NCBI GenBank assembly: GCA_001818495.1
Contig: MHKS01000005.1
Coordinates: 250,038 to 314,037, forward strand
Source of the DNA: Candidatus Komeilibacteria bacterium RIFOXYD1_FULL_37_29
GTDB lineage: Bacteria > Patescibacteriota > Patescibacteriia > UBA1558 > GWA2-36-10
DNA: 64,000 bases
Direction: 5' to 3'
Made by a program: the position numbers and the translations under genes. The notes below the pieces were generated by a model. It did not search any database. It was not told the origin of the DNA and saw only the letters and a list, made by a program, of their open reading frames with translations. Position 1 is the stretch's first letter, and each line of letters opens with the position of its first letter. This document shows positions 28,427 through 36,485 of this stretch, one piece after another.

Positions 28427-29247
28427 TTAAAGATTTTCAAAAGATAGAGTTTTTAAAATCACTTTACAGTGATAAAGACTTAATATCGTTTCGTGGCAAT
28501 TTTTTAAAAAATAATTCCAACCGTAAATTCTCATTAAGATCTTTTATTATTAAACTTTTGCCGATGCTAAAGGATAAAAAAATATTAGACATTGGTTGCG
28601 GAGACGGGTCATTCCTCAATAAATTACATACGGTATATCCTCAAAATAAATATTTTGGTTTGGATGTAGTAGATAATGCTAAATGCCATAAATTGAAATT
28701 TCTTGACTACAAAATTTATGATGGTAAATCCAGGGTTTATTATACGGAAAAATTTGATGTGATATTTTGTATGCACACTGTTTATCATATCGAAGATTTA
28801 TTCACTTTTTTTACAACGATGAAAGACTATTTAAAGCCCCATGGCATTATTATCATTACTACGAAGTCTAAATTGACTTTTCCTAAAATAGAATCAATCT
28901 TTTTAAAGATTGTCGGTAAGCTTGACTTAAAAAAATATTTAAAAATTAGCAAACACAGAGAGGAATCAAAATTTTGTTTGGAGAACGGATTAAACAGATT
29001 AAAAAAACACTTCGCTAGGCGGTCATTTAGTATAAATGAGTATGTTTTAGAAACGCAGGTTTTTGTTAATGACAAAAAAGATCTTTTGAAATATGTTTTT
29101 TCTACAAATAGATATAATATTTTGAAAGATACTTTAAACAAAAAAATTGTTGAAAAATATACAAAACTTTGGTTTGAAGAAATTGATAAAGATCAGATAT
29201 TCATTGATAAATATACGGAGGCTGTTTATTTAATAAAAAAATTATGA
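28423..29247 (+). CDS. SAM-dependent methyltransferase
   Basis: Motif I KILDIGCGDGSFLNKL. D-x motif KYFGLDVVD. Start overlaps the upstream stop by 4 nt. Confidence 0.7.
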   Translation: MIKDFQKIEFLKSLYSDKDLISFRGNFLKNNSNRKFSLRSFIIKLLPMLKDKKILDIGCGDGSFLNKLHTVYPQNKYFGLDVVDNAKCHKLKFLDYKIYDGKSRVYYTEKFDVIFCMHTVYHIEDLFTFFTTMKDYLKPHGIIIITTKSKLTFPKIESIFLKIVGKLDLKKYLKISKHREESKFCLENGLNRLKKHFARRSFSINEYVLETQVFVNDKKDLLKYVFSTNRYNILKDTLNKKIVEKYTKLWFEEIDKDQIFIDKYTEAVYLIKKL

Positions 29248-30311
29248 AAATAGGTTATAGTTGCTGGGGATTTTTGGGTAACGGAATAAAGGATACACCG
29301 GATGGCGGGAGGAGTCACCGGTTGACTTTATTGAAAGAATTAATCCGTCAAGGAGTTGAAATAGTAATGTTGCAAAAGAATAGAGACCTCATTGAAGGCA
29401 ATCAAAGTTTTTCACGAAAGAATTTAATATTTAGTGGTGAGTTACCGGAAATAGATGCTCTATTTGTAGAATATAGATGGAAGATAGTAGGAAGGAATTA
29501 TAAGGTGAGAAAAAATAATCCAGCCTATACTCCGGATTTCGATAGACAGAGTGAATTAATTAATTTTTATAATAATAGAAATATTCCTATTATTATTTGG
29601 GATAAAGATCAGAAACTTGGTAAGAATGAAATAAAAGGCATTAAAAATTTGATTGTATTTGAACCTGCTTTAAAGCCAAGGTTTAATAGAAAAAGTTTAT
29701 TGTTTCCGATGGACAATCATAGAACAAAAATTGTCCTCAAATTGATAGGTAAGTATAAAAAAAATATTAAGAGCTCCAAGTTGTGTTACATTGGAAATCA
29801 ATATGAGAGAGATGGTAGTTTTAAAGAGTTTATTAATAAGCCAGCCAGTATGCTCGATACCAAAACACCAGTATTTGGTAATTGGAACAAATATCCAGAA
29901 AAGTATAAGCAAAATATGCAAAAATTTTCCAATGTTGAATTTAAAGGTAGGGTGCAGTTTAATAAAGTTAATAATATTTATAAAAAATCTTTTTCTACAG
30001 TTCTTATCGCGCCACGGAGATATTATATCACGGGTCATTTTACACAAAGATTATTTGAGGCAATGTGGGGCTTATGCATTCCTTTTACCCCGCAGCAATA
30101 TCATGGATGGCAGGGTTTAATAATAAAAGATTTTATAATTAGATCTGGCAAAGATTTAATAAATAAGATAAAAAAATTAGAAACAACGCCCGATTCAGAT
30201 ATAAGGAGAATGTTTGATAGACAGTTTGAGAAACTTAATTTATTTAATGCCAGTAAACAAGCCAGTATAATTATAAACGAAATCAATAATCATAATGGTA
30301 GACTCGGGTAA
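29244..30311 (+). CDS. T4 beta-glucosyl-HMC-transferase-like (BGT-family GT-B) putative DNA glycosyltransferase
   Basis: Comparison with the recalled T4 BGT sequence shows collinear matches. MKIGYSCWGFLGNG vs MKIAIINMGNNVIN. RLTLLKELIRQGVEIVMLQKN vs IYLFKVISEMGLNVDIISLKN. CYIGNQYERDGSF vs IYGGSFRSGQRE. TKTPVFGNWNKYP vs TKAPVFTGKIP. FTQRLFEAM vs ITLRVWETM. 355 aa versus 351 aa for T4 BGT. Confidence 0.55.
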   Translation: MKIGYSCWGFLGNGIKDTPDGGRSHRLTLLKELIRQGVEIVMLQKNRDLIEGNQSFSRKNLIFSGELPEIDALFVEYRWKIVGRNYKVRKNNPAYTPDFDRQSELINFYNNRNIPIIIWDKDQKLGKNEIKGIKNLIVFEPALKPRFNRKSLLFPMDNHRTKIVLKLIGKYKKNIKSSKLCYIGNQYERDGSFKEFINKPASMLDTKTPVFGNWNKYPEKYKQNMQKFSNVEFKGRVQFNKVNNIYKKSFSTVLIAPRRYYITGHFTQRLFEAMWGLCIPFTPQQYHGWQGLIIKDFIIRSGKDLINKIKKLETTPDSDIRRMFDRQFEKLNLFNASKQASIIINEINNHNGRLG

Positions 30312-31074
30312 TAAAAATAAATCTTTAGAAATTGTAATTGATTCTAAACACTATATTAAAAAAAGATATTCTGATATCCAACGTTTTTTTTGTGAATTAA
30401 AATATCTTAAATATTTTAAAGATGAAGATATCAATGTTCCTTTTATATATAAATTTGATAAAATCCAAAAAACAATAATAATAGATAAAATAAAGGGGAA
30501 AATCGGCGATTCATTAAATAATAGAGACACAAAACTATGCATTGATGTGCTTGTCAAAATAATTTTTATTTTTGGTTTGGAAAAGAAAAATAATAATGAA
30601 ATTGATAGGTATATTTCAAAAGTCAGGTCAAATATAATATGGTGGTGTGAAAATAATAATTATATAGTAGAAAAAGAAAAATTAAATATTTTACTTCAAA
30701 AGTTAAGAAAAGTGTGTTATATATCTTTATTCAAAGATGCCAAACCATCTAATTGGATTTTTCAAAAAGATAAAATATACGCAATAGACTTTGATTATGT
30801 AAAAAAATCATTTTTTTTAGCAGATTTAGCACAACTTTTAAGTTATATTTCATTAAGGAAAAAAATAAGTTATATTTTCTTTGTAAATTATTATCTAAAG
30901 CAAATATTCCCAAAAATGAAGGATTATGATAAATTTTATATACCTTTTAAATTAGCGCTTGTTAATTCCAACATTGCTTCTGAACTTCACAGAGAGAATT
31001 TAGGAGCCTATGTAAAAAGGGGTTTTGCCAAACAAAACAGGTTTATTTTGAGTGAATTTAAGATAATATTATAA
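30295..31074 (+). CDS. Atypical protein-kinase-like (Kdo/WaaP/RIO-type) small-molecule kinase
   Basis: Catalytic-loop-like FKDAKPSNWIF (D-x-K-P-x-N) and a metal-binding IYAIDFDYV (DFD) motif. 259 aa. Confidence 0.4.
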   Translation: MVDSGNKNKSLEIVIDSKHYIKKRYSDIQRFFCELKYLKYFKDEDINVPFIYKFDKIQKTIIIDKIKGKIGDSLNNRDTKLCIDVLVKIIFIFGLEKKNNNEIDRYISKVRSNIIWWCENNNYIVEKEKLNILLQKLRKVCYISLFKDAKPSNWIFQKDKIYAIDFDYVKKSFFLADLAQLLSYISLRKKISYIFFVNYYLKQIFPKMKDYDKFYIPFKLALVNSNIASELHRENLGAYVKRGFAKQNRFILSEFKIIL

Positions 31075-31955
31075 TGTCAATATCAATAACCGCCAAATCA
31101 GCTAATGAAGCATTCATTAAAATAGCTGATAAATTGTATAATAATCCGGAATATGTTTCTAGTCCTCGAAGCTGGGAAACAAGGGAGTTATTAGGGGCTT
31201 TTATTGTTATCAACAATCCCTATGATCGTTTTATAAATAATGTTCATAGGAAGATTTCTTTAAAGTATCTTATTGGTGAATGGTTATGGTATGAGCGAGG
31301 ATCCAATTCTTTAAATGAAATTAATTATTATGCAAAATTTTGGAGCAGTATTTCGGATGATAAAATAACTGCCAATTCAGCTTATGGTCATAGAATTTTA
31401 GGGATCAATAAGTTCGTGATTATTAATCAATGGAAGTGGGCCAAACGGCAAATAATAAAAGATAAGGAAACAAGGAGAGCCATCATTTTTATTGGATTGC
31501 CAAGTGATATGAAAAACGAAACGAAAGATTTTCCTTGCACTATGTCACTCCAGTTTTTAATAAGAAATAATGAGTTACATTTAATTTGCAATATGAGGAG
31601 CAATGATTTAGTATTGGGTTTTACTTATGATGTAGCTACCTTTACTTTATATCAAGAAAAAATGTTGTTGGAGTTGAAAAAATATTATCCAAAATTAAAG
31701 ATAGGTAAATATTTTCATATGGTAGGCAGTTTACACGTATATAAGAAAAACTATGAGATGATAAAAAAAGTGATAAATGATCAGGACAATAATTTGAAAA
31801 TTACCATGCCTCGCATGGGTGATTTAAAAGAAATAAAAAAACTCCAGTATAACGAGAGTATTATAAGAGAAAATAAAAATAAAAAGTTTAAAAAAATTGA
31901 AGATAGATTCTGTATCTGGTGTCAGAATATTTTATTAAATAAAATTAAATACTAA
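31074..31955 (+). CDS. Thymidylate-synthase-family pyrimidine-nucleotide C5 (hydroxy)methylase with predicted dCMP specificity (deoxycytidylate hydroxymethylase-like)
   Basis: Collinear with E. coli ThyA. KYLIGEWLWYERG vs RSIIHELLWFLQG. The YG loop is conserved. RRAII vs RRIIV. FPCTMSLQFLIRNNELHLICNMRSNDLVLGFTYDVATF vs [38 protein letters not shown]. The catalytic Cys is present. The Asn that reads O4/N3 of dUMP (E. coli N177) is Asp here, as in T4 dCMP hydroxymethylase (Asp179). Confidence 0.7.
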   Translation: MSISITAKSANEAFIKIADKLYNNPEYVSSPRSWETRELLGAFIVINNPYDRFINNVHRKISLKYLIGEWLWYERGSNSLNEINYYAKFWSSISDDKITANSAYGHRILGINKFVIINQWKWAKRQIIKDKETRRAIIFIGLPSDMKNETKDFPCTMSLQFLIRNNELHLICNMRSNDLVLGFTYDVATFTLYQEKMLLELKKYYPKLKIGKYFHMVGSLHVYKKNYEMIKKVINDQDNNLKITMPRMGDLKEIKKLQYNESIIRENKNKKFKKIEDRFCIWCQNILLNKIKY

Positions 31956-31956
31956 A

Positions 31957-32628
31957 ATGAAAGGCATAATTATAGACGGAGTTGTTTCTTCTGGTAAAAC
32001 GTCTATCTTAAAACATCTTCATCGTCTGATTTCAGAACAAAACCCTACTTCAACCAAGTTTTTTATTAGTGAACACTATACTGAGAGAATGTTGGAGCAT
32101 TTGAAAGATAAAGGTGAATTAGACGGTAGCCATATAAAAGCCCACGTTGATCAGTTAATCCATACTTTAGCTTCTTTTCAGTCTATGTTGGATAATTCTA
32201 AGTTTCGTGATAACCCGAAAGGAGCAGATTTGTTTGTTACTTTAGAAAGATTTATTCTAACCCATTTGTCCTCAGTGGACATAGGAGATAAATATAGTCT
32301 TGATGAAGTCAAAGCTCATTTTGAAATTTTAAACAAGCTAGGAGTAAAACAAGTAGCTTTAATAATTCCCGAATCAAGACTAAAAGAAAATATCATGTCG
32401 ACTCTGCAATATCGAAATGACGCCTGGTTGGATTATTTGTATTCTAGGGGTGGAGAAAAAGAAATTATAGAATATTATATCAATTGGCAGAATAATTTTT
32501 TAGAGTATATCAACAAATTTAAAGATATAATAGATACCTTAGTCATCGAAGTAAAAGATCAAGACTATCTTCAATATAGTAATACTATTTTTAATAGTTG
32601 TATTAAATCAGATATTCTCTCAAAATAA
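31957..32628 (+). CDS. P-loop nucleoside/deoxynucleoside monophosphate kinase-like protein
   Basis: N-terminal Walker A MKGIIIDGVVSSGKTSILKHL. 223 aa. The position after the ThyA-like gene mirrors phage dNMP kinases. Confidence 0.45.
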   Translation: MKGIIIDGVVSSGKTSILKHLHRLISEQNPTSTKFFISEHYTERMLEHLKDKGELDGSHIKAHVDQLIHTLASFQSMLDNSKFRDNPKGADLFVTLERFILTHLSSVDIGDKYSLDEVKAHFEILNKLGVKQVALIIPESRLKENIMSTLQYRNDAWLDYLYSRGGEKEIIEYYINWQNNFLEYINKFKDIIDTLVIEVKDQDYLQYSNTIFNSCIKSDILSK

Positions 32629-33114
32629 ATGTTTTTTAATTTTATGTTTTTTATACTTTACCCCGGCTAAATCAAAGAGTTTTTTAGAAACGATAAAATT
32701 ATTCGCATCTTTGTCTGATCTATCATCTTGATAGATTATATTTTTTATGCCGCTTTGGATAATAATTTTTGCACACTCATTGCAGGGGAAGAGTAAACAG
32801 TAAAGTTTTGCATTTTCGGCTGATTGATTAGTATTTAAAATGGCATTTACTTCAGCGTGAACAACATACGGATATTTTGTATTTAAGATATTTTTTTTGT
32901 TATGCCCGTAATTATTACTCCAAGAAAAATGCCCTTCCTTAATACCTCTAGGCCAACCGTTGTAGCCAACTCCTAAAACAACATTATTTTTATCAACCAC
33001 GACAGCTCCGGTTTGAGTTGATGGGTCTTTTGATCTCTGAGCTATAACTTGAGCCATTAGCATAAATGTTTCATCCCACGATAAATAGTTTTTTCTAGCT
33101 TTTATATTATCCAT
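32620..33114 (-). CDS. Deoxycytidylate (dCMP) deaminase
   Basis: Zinc site HAEVNAI and PCNECAKII (cytidine/deoxycytidylate deaminase signature). 164 aa. Convergent with the kinase gene. Confidence 0.85.
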   Translation of the reverse strand: MDNIKARKNYLSWDETFMLMAQVIAQRSKDPSTQTGAVVVDKNNVVLGVGYNGWPRGIKEGHFSWSNNYGHNKKNILNTKYPYVVHAEVNAILNTNQSAENAKLYCLLFPCNECAKIIIQSGIKNIIYQDDRSDKDANNFIVSKKLFDLAGVKYKKHKIKKHLF

Positions 33115-33398
33115 TTTTGTAGGTTAGATCACTTTATAAGAATATAATACCCCATACTTATCTTAAAAGTCAAAGATTATAACTATTATTTTTATGTCGA
33201 AACTAGTCAACAAACTAAAACCGAGAAAAATTTTTGGTTGTCAGAAAGAAGCTTGAATAATATAGGCAAGAAAGAGAGTTTTATTATAATGCTCGGAGGA
33301 GATATGTGAAATATTATGAACCAAACATTTAATTCGCAATGATTACTGGTTGTTCTATATAAAAAGATAGAGCCGTTAGTGTTAGTTGACGATTTCTG

Positions 33399-33648
33399 TT
33401 TTTCACTGTCTTTTCAGGCAGTTTTTTGGTATAATCAAAGCATTAATTAATAAAAATATTATGATTGACGAAGAAATAAAGCAAATTATTCAGGAAAATA
33501 AGGAAACTTTAGCTAATATTGATAAAAGAATTGGTCGGATTGAGAAAAATTTTATTTGGAGTTCAATTTTTGGTTTTGTAAAGATTGTTATTATTTTAGG
33601 GCCGATTATTTTTGGTATTATTTATTTTACGCCATTTTTAAAAGATTT
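33399..33648. repeat. Right copy of the roughly 250-bp direct repeat (see 26417..26665), including promoter TTTTGGTATAAT
   Basis: Direct comparison. Confidence 0.9.
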
Positions 33649-33811
33649 TATTCGTATTTATGAACCATTTTTCAAGAATCTACCGATTACTTTACAAAAT
33701 TTAAACAATCCTTCTTCGGACTCAAATATTCCAACTGGCGCTCAGGCTGGGTTAGAAAATTTTTGTGATCCACAAGTTCGCGAGGCCATGATCGATAGTC
33801 TTTGTAAATAA
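33461..33811 (+). CDS. Small membrane protein (117 aa). The full-length version of the duplicated gene.
   Basis: Starts MIDEEIKQIIQENKETLANIDKRIGRIEKNFIW... 12 nt after an A-rich stretch downstream of TGGTATAAT. The ORF track begins earlier at 33386, but the ATG at 33461 matches the paralog. Confidence 0.55.
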   Translation: MIDEEIKQIIQENKETLANIDKRIGRIEKNFIWSSIFGFVKIVIILGPIIFGIIYFTPFLKDFIRIYEPFFKNLPITLQNLNNPSSDSNIPTGAQAGLENFCDPQVREAMIDSLCK

Positions 33812-33817
33812 AAAATC

Positions 33818-34903
33818 ATGGAAGAATTACGCAGTAAAATAAAAACTTTATTTTTGGAGATTTCTAAATCTTTGAAAATTTTTGATTTAGAAAATAAAAA
33901 AAGTAAATTGGGAGAACTCAAAAACGAAATGACCAGACCAGACTTTTGGAATGACCAAGAACGAGCCAAAAATATTAGCTGGCAAGCCAGTGTTTTGGAG
34001 AAGGGTATCAATGACTGGCAGAATATAGCCAAGGAAGTAGCCGAGCTTAATGATTTGTCTCAAGATCAGCAGGCTGAGGAGTTATTAAAAGAATTGGAAA
34101 ATAAGTATAATATTCTTTATAATCAATTTACATCTTTGGCCGTTCAACTTTTTCTGCAAGGAAAATATGACGAGCTAGCCGCTATCATCACTGTCAATGC
34201 TGGAGCCGGAGGAGTAGATGCTCAAGACTGGGCGCAAATGATCGAAAGAATGTATTTACGACTAGCTGAGAAAAATAATTGGCAGGTCCATTTGATGTCG
34301 CGTTCAGTCGGCTCGGAAGCAGGGATTAAAAGTGTGATTTTTAAAGTCCAAGGTCCTTATGCTTATGGCTATTTAAAAAACGAAGCTGGAGTACATCGTT
34401 TGGTCCGTTTGTCGCCTTATGATGCTGATCACGCCCGGCATACTTCTTTTGCTATGTTAGAAGTTTTGCCGGAGATAATCAATCCGGAGATAGATATCAA
34501 AGAAGAAGATATCAAAGTTGATACTTTTCGGTCTTCTGGTAATGGCGGTCAGTCGGTCAATACTACTGATTCGGCTGTGCGGGTGACACATCTACCAACG
34601 GGAATTTCCGCTGGCTGTCAAAACGAGAGATCACAGATACAAAATAAAAAGCAAGCTCTCAGTCATCTCTACGCCAAATTGCAAAAATATTATGAGGCCG
34701 AGCAAGAAGACGAAAGAAAAATGATAAAGGGAGAATATACCGAAGCGGCTTGGGGCAATCAAATTCGCTCTTATGTTATTCATCCGTATAAAATGGTCAA
34801 AGACCATCGGACAAATTTTCAGTCCAAAGATCCAGACAGGGTCTTAGGTGGAGATTTAATGCCATTTATTAAGGCCAATTTGGAAAAAAATGTAGTGGCC
34901 TAA
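33818..34903 (+). CDS. prfB: Peptide chain release factor 2
   Basis: GGQ motif in SGNGGQSVNTTDSAVRVTHLPTGI. RF2-type SPF-like region. Single intact frame, no frameshift site needed. Confidence 0.85.
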   Translation: MEELRSKIKTLFLEISKSLKIFDLENKKSKLGELKNEMTRPDFWNDQERAKNISWQASVLEKGINDWQNIAKEVAELNDLSQDQQAEELLKELENKYNILYNQFTSLAVQLFLQGKYDELAAIITVNAGAGGVDAQDWAQMIERMYLRLAEKNNWQVHLMSRSVGSEAGIKSVIFKVQGPYAYGYLKNEAGVHRLVRLSPYDADHARHTSFAMLEVLPEIINPEIDIKEEDIKVDTFRSSGNGGQSVNTTDSAVRVTHLPTGISAGCQNERSQIQNKKQALSHLYAKLQKYYEAEQEDERKMIKGEYTEAAWGNQIRSYVIHPYKMVKDHRTNFQSKDPDRVLGGDLMPFIKANLEKNVVA

Positions 34904-34928
34904 ACAATTTTGTGCTATAATAGACTAT

Positions 34929-36407
34929 ATGTTTGAGCATTTGGGTCCAGCACCAGAAGTAGGAATGTATAGACCAGGACCAAAATACAAATTGTATTTG
35001 AGTCTGCTTTTTTTGGCTATCTTAGGATTTATTTTCTCGGCTGCTATTAGCCGTGGGCCCAGCTCTCGGGCTATGGAGCCGGAGATTTTATCATCCGAGG
35101 TGTTAGTTGACAGTAGTGATAAAAAAATTGTTTCTAGCGCCAAAAATTTTCCGATTTTTGATTTTGTAGTCGAGGTTGATAATGCCAATACCTCTCTTTA
35201 TAAGCTAAATATTTTAGTAGAAGGTATTTATGATTTGAATTTACTCAAAGATTTAAAGTTGTTTCATGAAAATGTCCAACTCGGTCAAATAGAGCAAATA
35301 GACAGCACTGGTAAAATATATTTTGATTTAAAAGAGTACCAGCTACCAGTGGGTCAGAATAGGTTTTCTTTATTTTTTAGCAGTGGCGATAGTCTCAAAG
35401 ACAGTCCAGTTTTAAAGTTTAGTATTCCCACCAAAGATGACATCTTTCTTATTAGCTCTGGTCAAGTTTTTAGACCACGGGCTGATTTTCCTGTTAGTAG
35501 CGGGCTCATTTCTATTTCTGATCAGGGGCAAATCATGGCTTCTAACAGTTATATTATTGATGATTTTATTGTTGATTCAGAGGTGCCTCAACCGGTTTCA
35601 TCTTTTGAGCTTAGGTCTATTGGTGAAAAAGCTGATTTAAAACAAATAATATTATCCTATCAAAATTTAAGTGACGGGGCTGATACAAAGGCAGATTTCT
35701 TTTTATCTTTAGAGGGAGCACCCATTGCTCAAGCGTCATCTCAAGATGGCCAGATTATTTTTGATATTAAAAAAGGTATACTGCTAGAAGAGTTGTCTAG
35801 AAAAATATTTGAGTTGCACACCTTTGCTTTACCAGAGGGAAGCTATCAGTTTTCTTTAGACAATGTTTCTGCTCAAGGTGTCTGGTCCGGAGCTGACATT
35901 GCACTGCCAGCGCCAATTGCTTTAAGCCAAGTGGAAGCTAGAGCCTATTTTATGCAGTTTCAAGCCAAGGAGTTGGATCAGCGATTAACAGAGGGTTGGA
36001 ATAAAATTTATAATTTACAAATTAGCGCCAGAGGGGCTAAGACACTTTATTTAAATAAATTTACTTGGAGTATTGCCCCACAAAATTTGGATATAACCGC
36101 TTTGGAAATTTGGTACAGTGGTCAGCCCTATATTGCCGATATCATCTTTGAAGACGGCCAAGTAATTGTTAAAACAGACGGTCAAGATCCTTTGCCGATT
36201 GGTCAAGAGCCAACTGAATTATTACTTTTAGCCAAGGTAGAAAATATCAAAAACAAAGCCAAAATAGAGGCCTTTATTTTACCAGATGATAGTCCACTTG
36301 ATCAGGAAAATATTTTTGGCCATATTATCTGGTCAGATGGGCAAGATTTTTATAACGGTTATAAAATGCCATATTTACCGCTTCAGCCGAGTATCTTAAA
36401 CAATTAA
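34929..36407 (+). CDS. Hypothetical membrane-anchored extracytoplasmic protein
   Basis: N-terminal TM LYLSLLFLAILGFIFSAAI followed by a roughly 440-aa beta-rich ectodomain. No recognisable motif. Confidence 0.4.
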   Translation: MFEHLGPAPEVGMYRPGPKYKLYLSLLFLAILGFIFSAAISRGPSSRAMEPEILSSEVLVDSSDKKIVSSAKNFPIFDFVVEVDNANTSLYKLNILVEGIYDLNLLKDLKLFHENVQLGQIEQIDSTGKIYFDLKEYQLPVGQNRFSLFFSSGDSLKDSPVLKFSIPTKDDIFLISSGQVFRPRADFPVSSGLISISDQGQIMASNSYIIDDFIVDSEVPQPVSSFELRSIGEKADLKQIILSYQNLSDGADTKADFFLSLEGAPIAQASSQDGQIIFDIKKGILLEELSRKIFELHTFALPEGSYQFSLDNVSAQGVWSGADIALPAPIALSQVEARAYFMQFQAKELDQRLTEGWNKIYNLQISARGAKTLYLNKFTWSIAPQNLDITALEIWYSGQPYIADIIFEDGQVIVKTDGQDPLPIGQEPTELLLLAKVENIKNKAKIEAFILPDDSPLDQENIFGHIIWSDGQDFYNGYKMPYLPLQPSILNN

Positions 36408-36485
36408 ATCCTGCCTTAGAGCAGGATTTTTTGACAAAGATGTTTTTCTTTGTTTAAATATAGCCAAGAAAAGTAAAAAGCGGTT

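Noticed and set aside
33386-33460. Upstream extension of ORF 33386..33811 (141 aa) as given in the ORF track
   Set aside because: The first 25 codons overlap the duplicated promoter region (TGGTATAAT at 33431-33442). The ATG at 33461 matches the start of the paralogous copy at 26478 and is the likelier start.
26400-33700. Prophage interpretation of the hmC-like cassette
   Set aside because: No integrase, terminase, capsid, tail or lysis genes between the direct repeats or in the flanks within the window. A phage origin of the genes remains possible, but the unit as seen is a metabolic/modification cassette, not a prophage.
33818-34903. Programmed +1 frameshift in prfB
   Set aside because: The RF2 ORF is intact in a single frame from ATG to stop, including the GGQ motif. 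There is no early in-frame stop with an upstream SD-like element.
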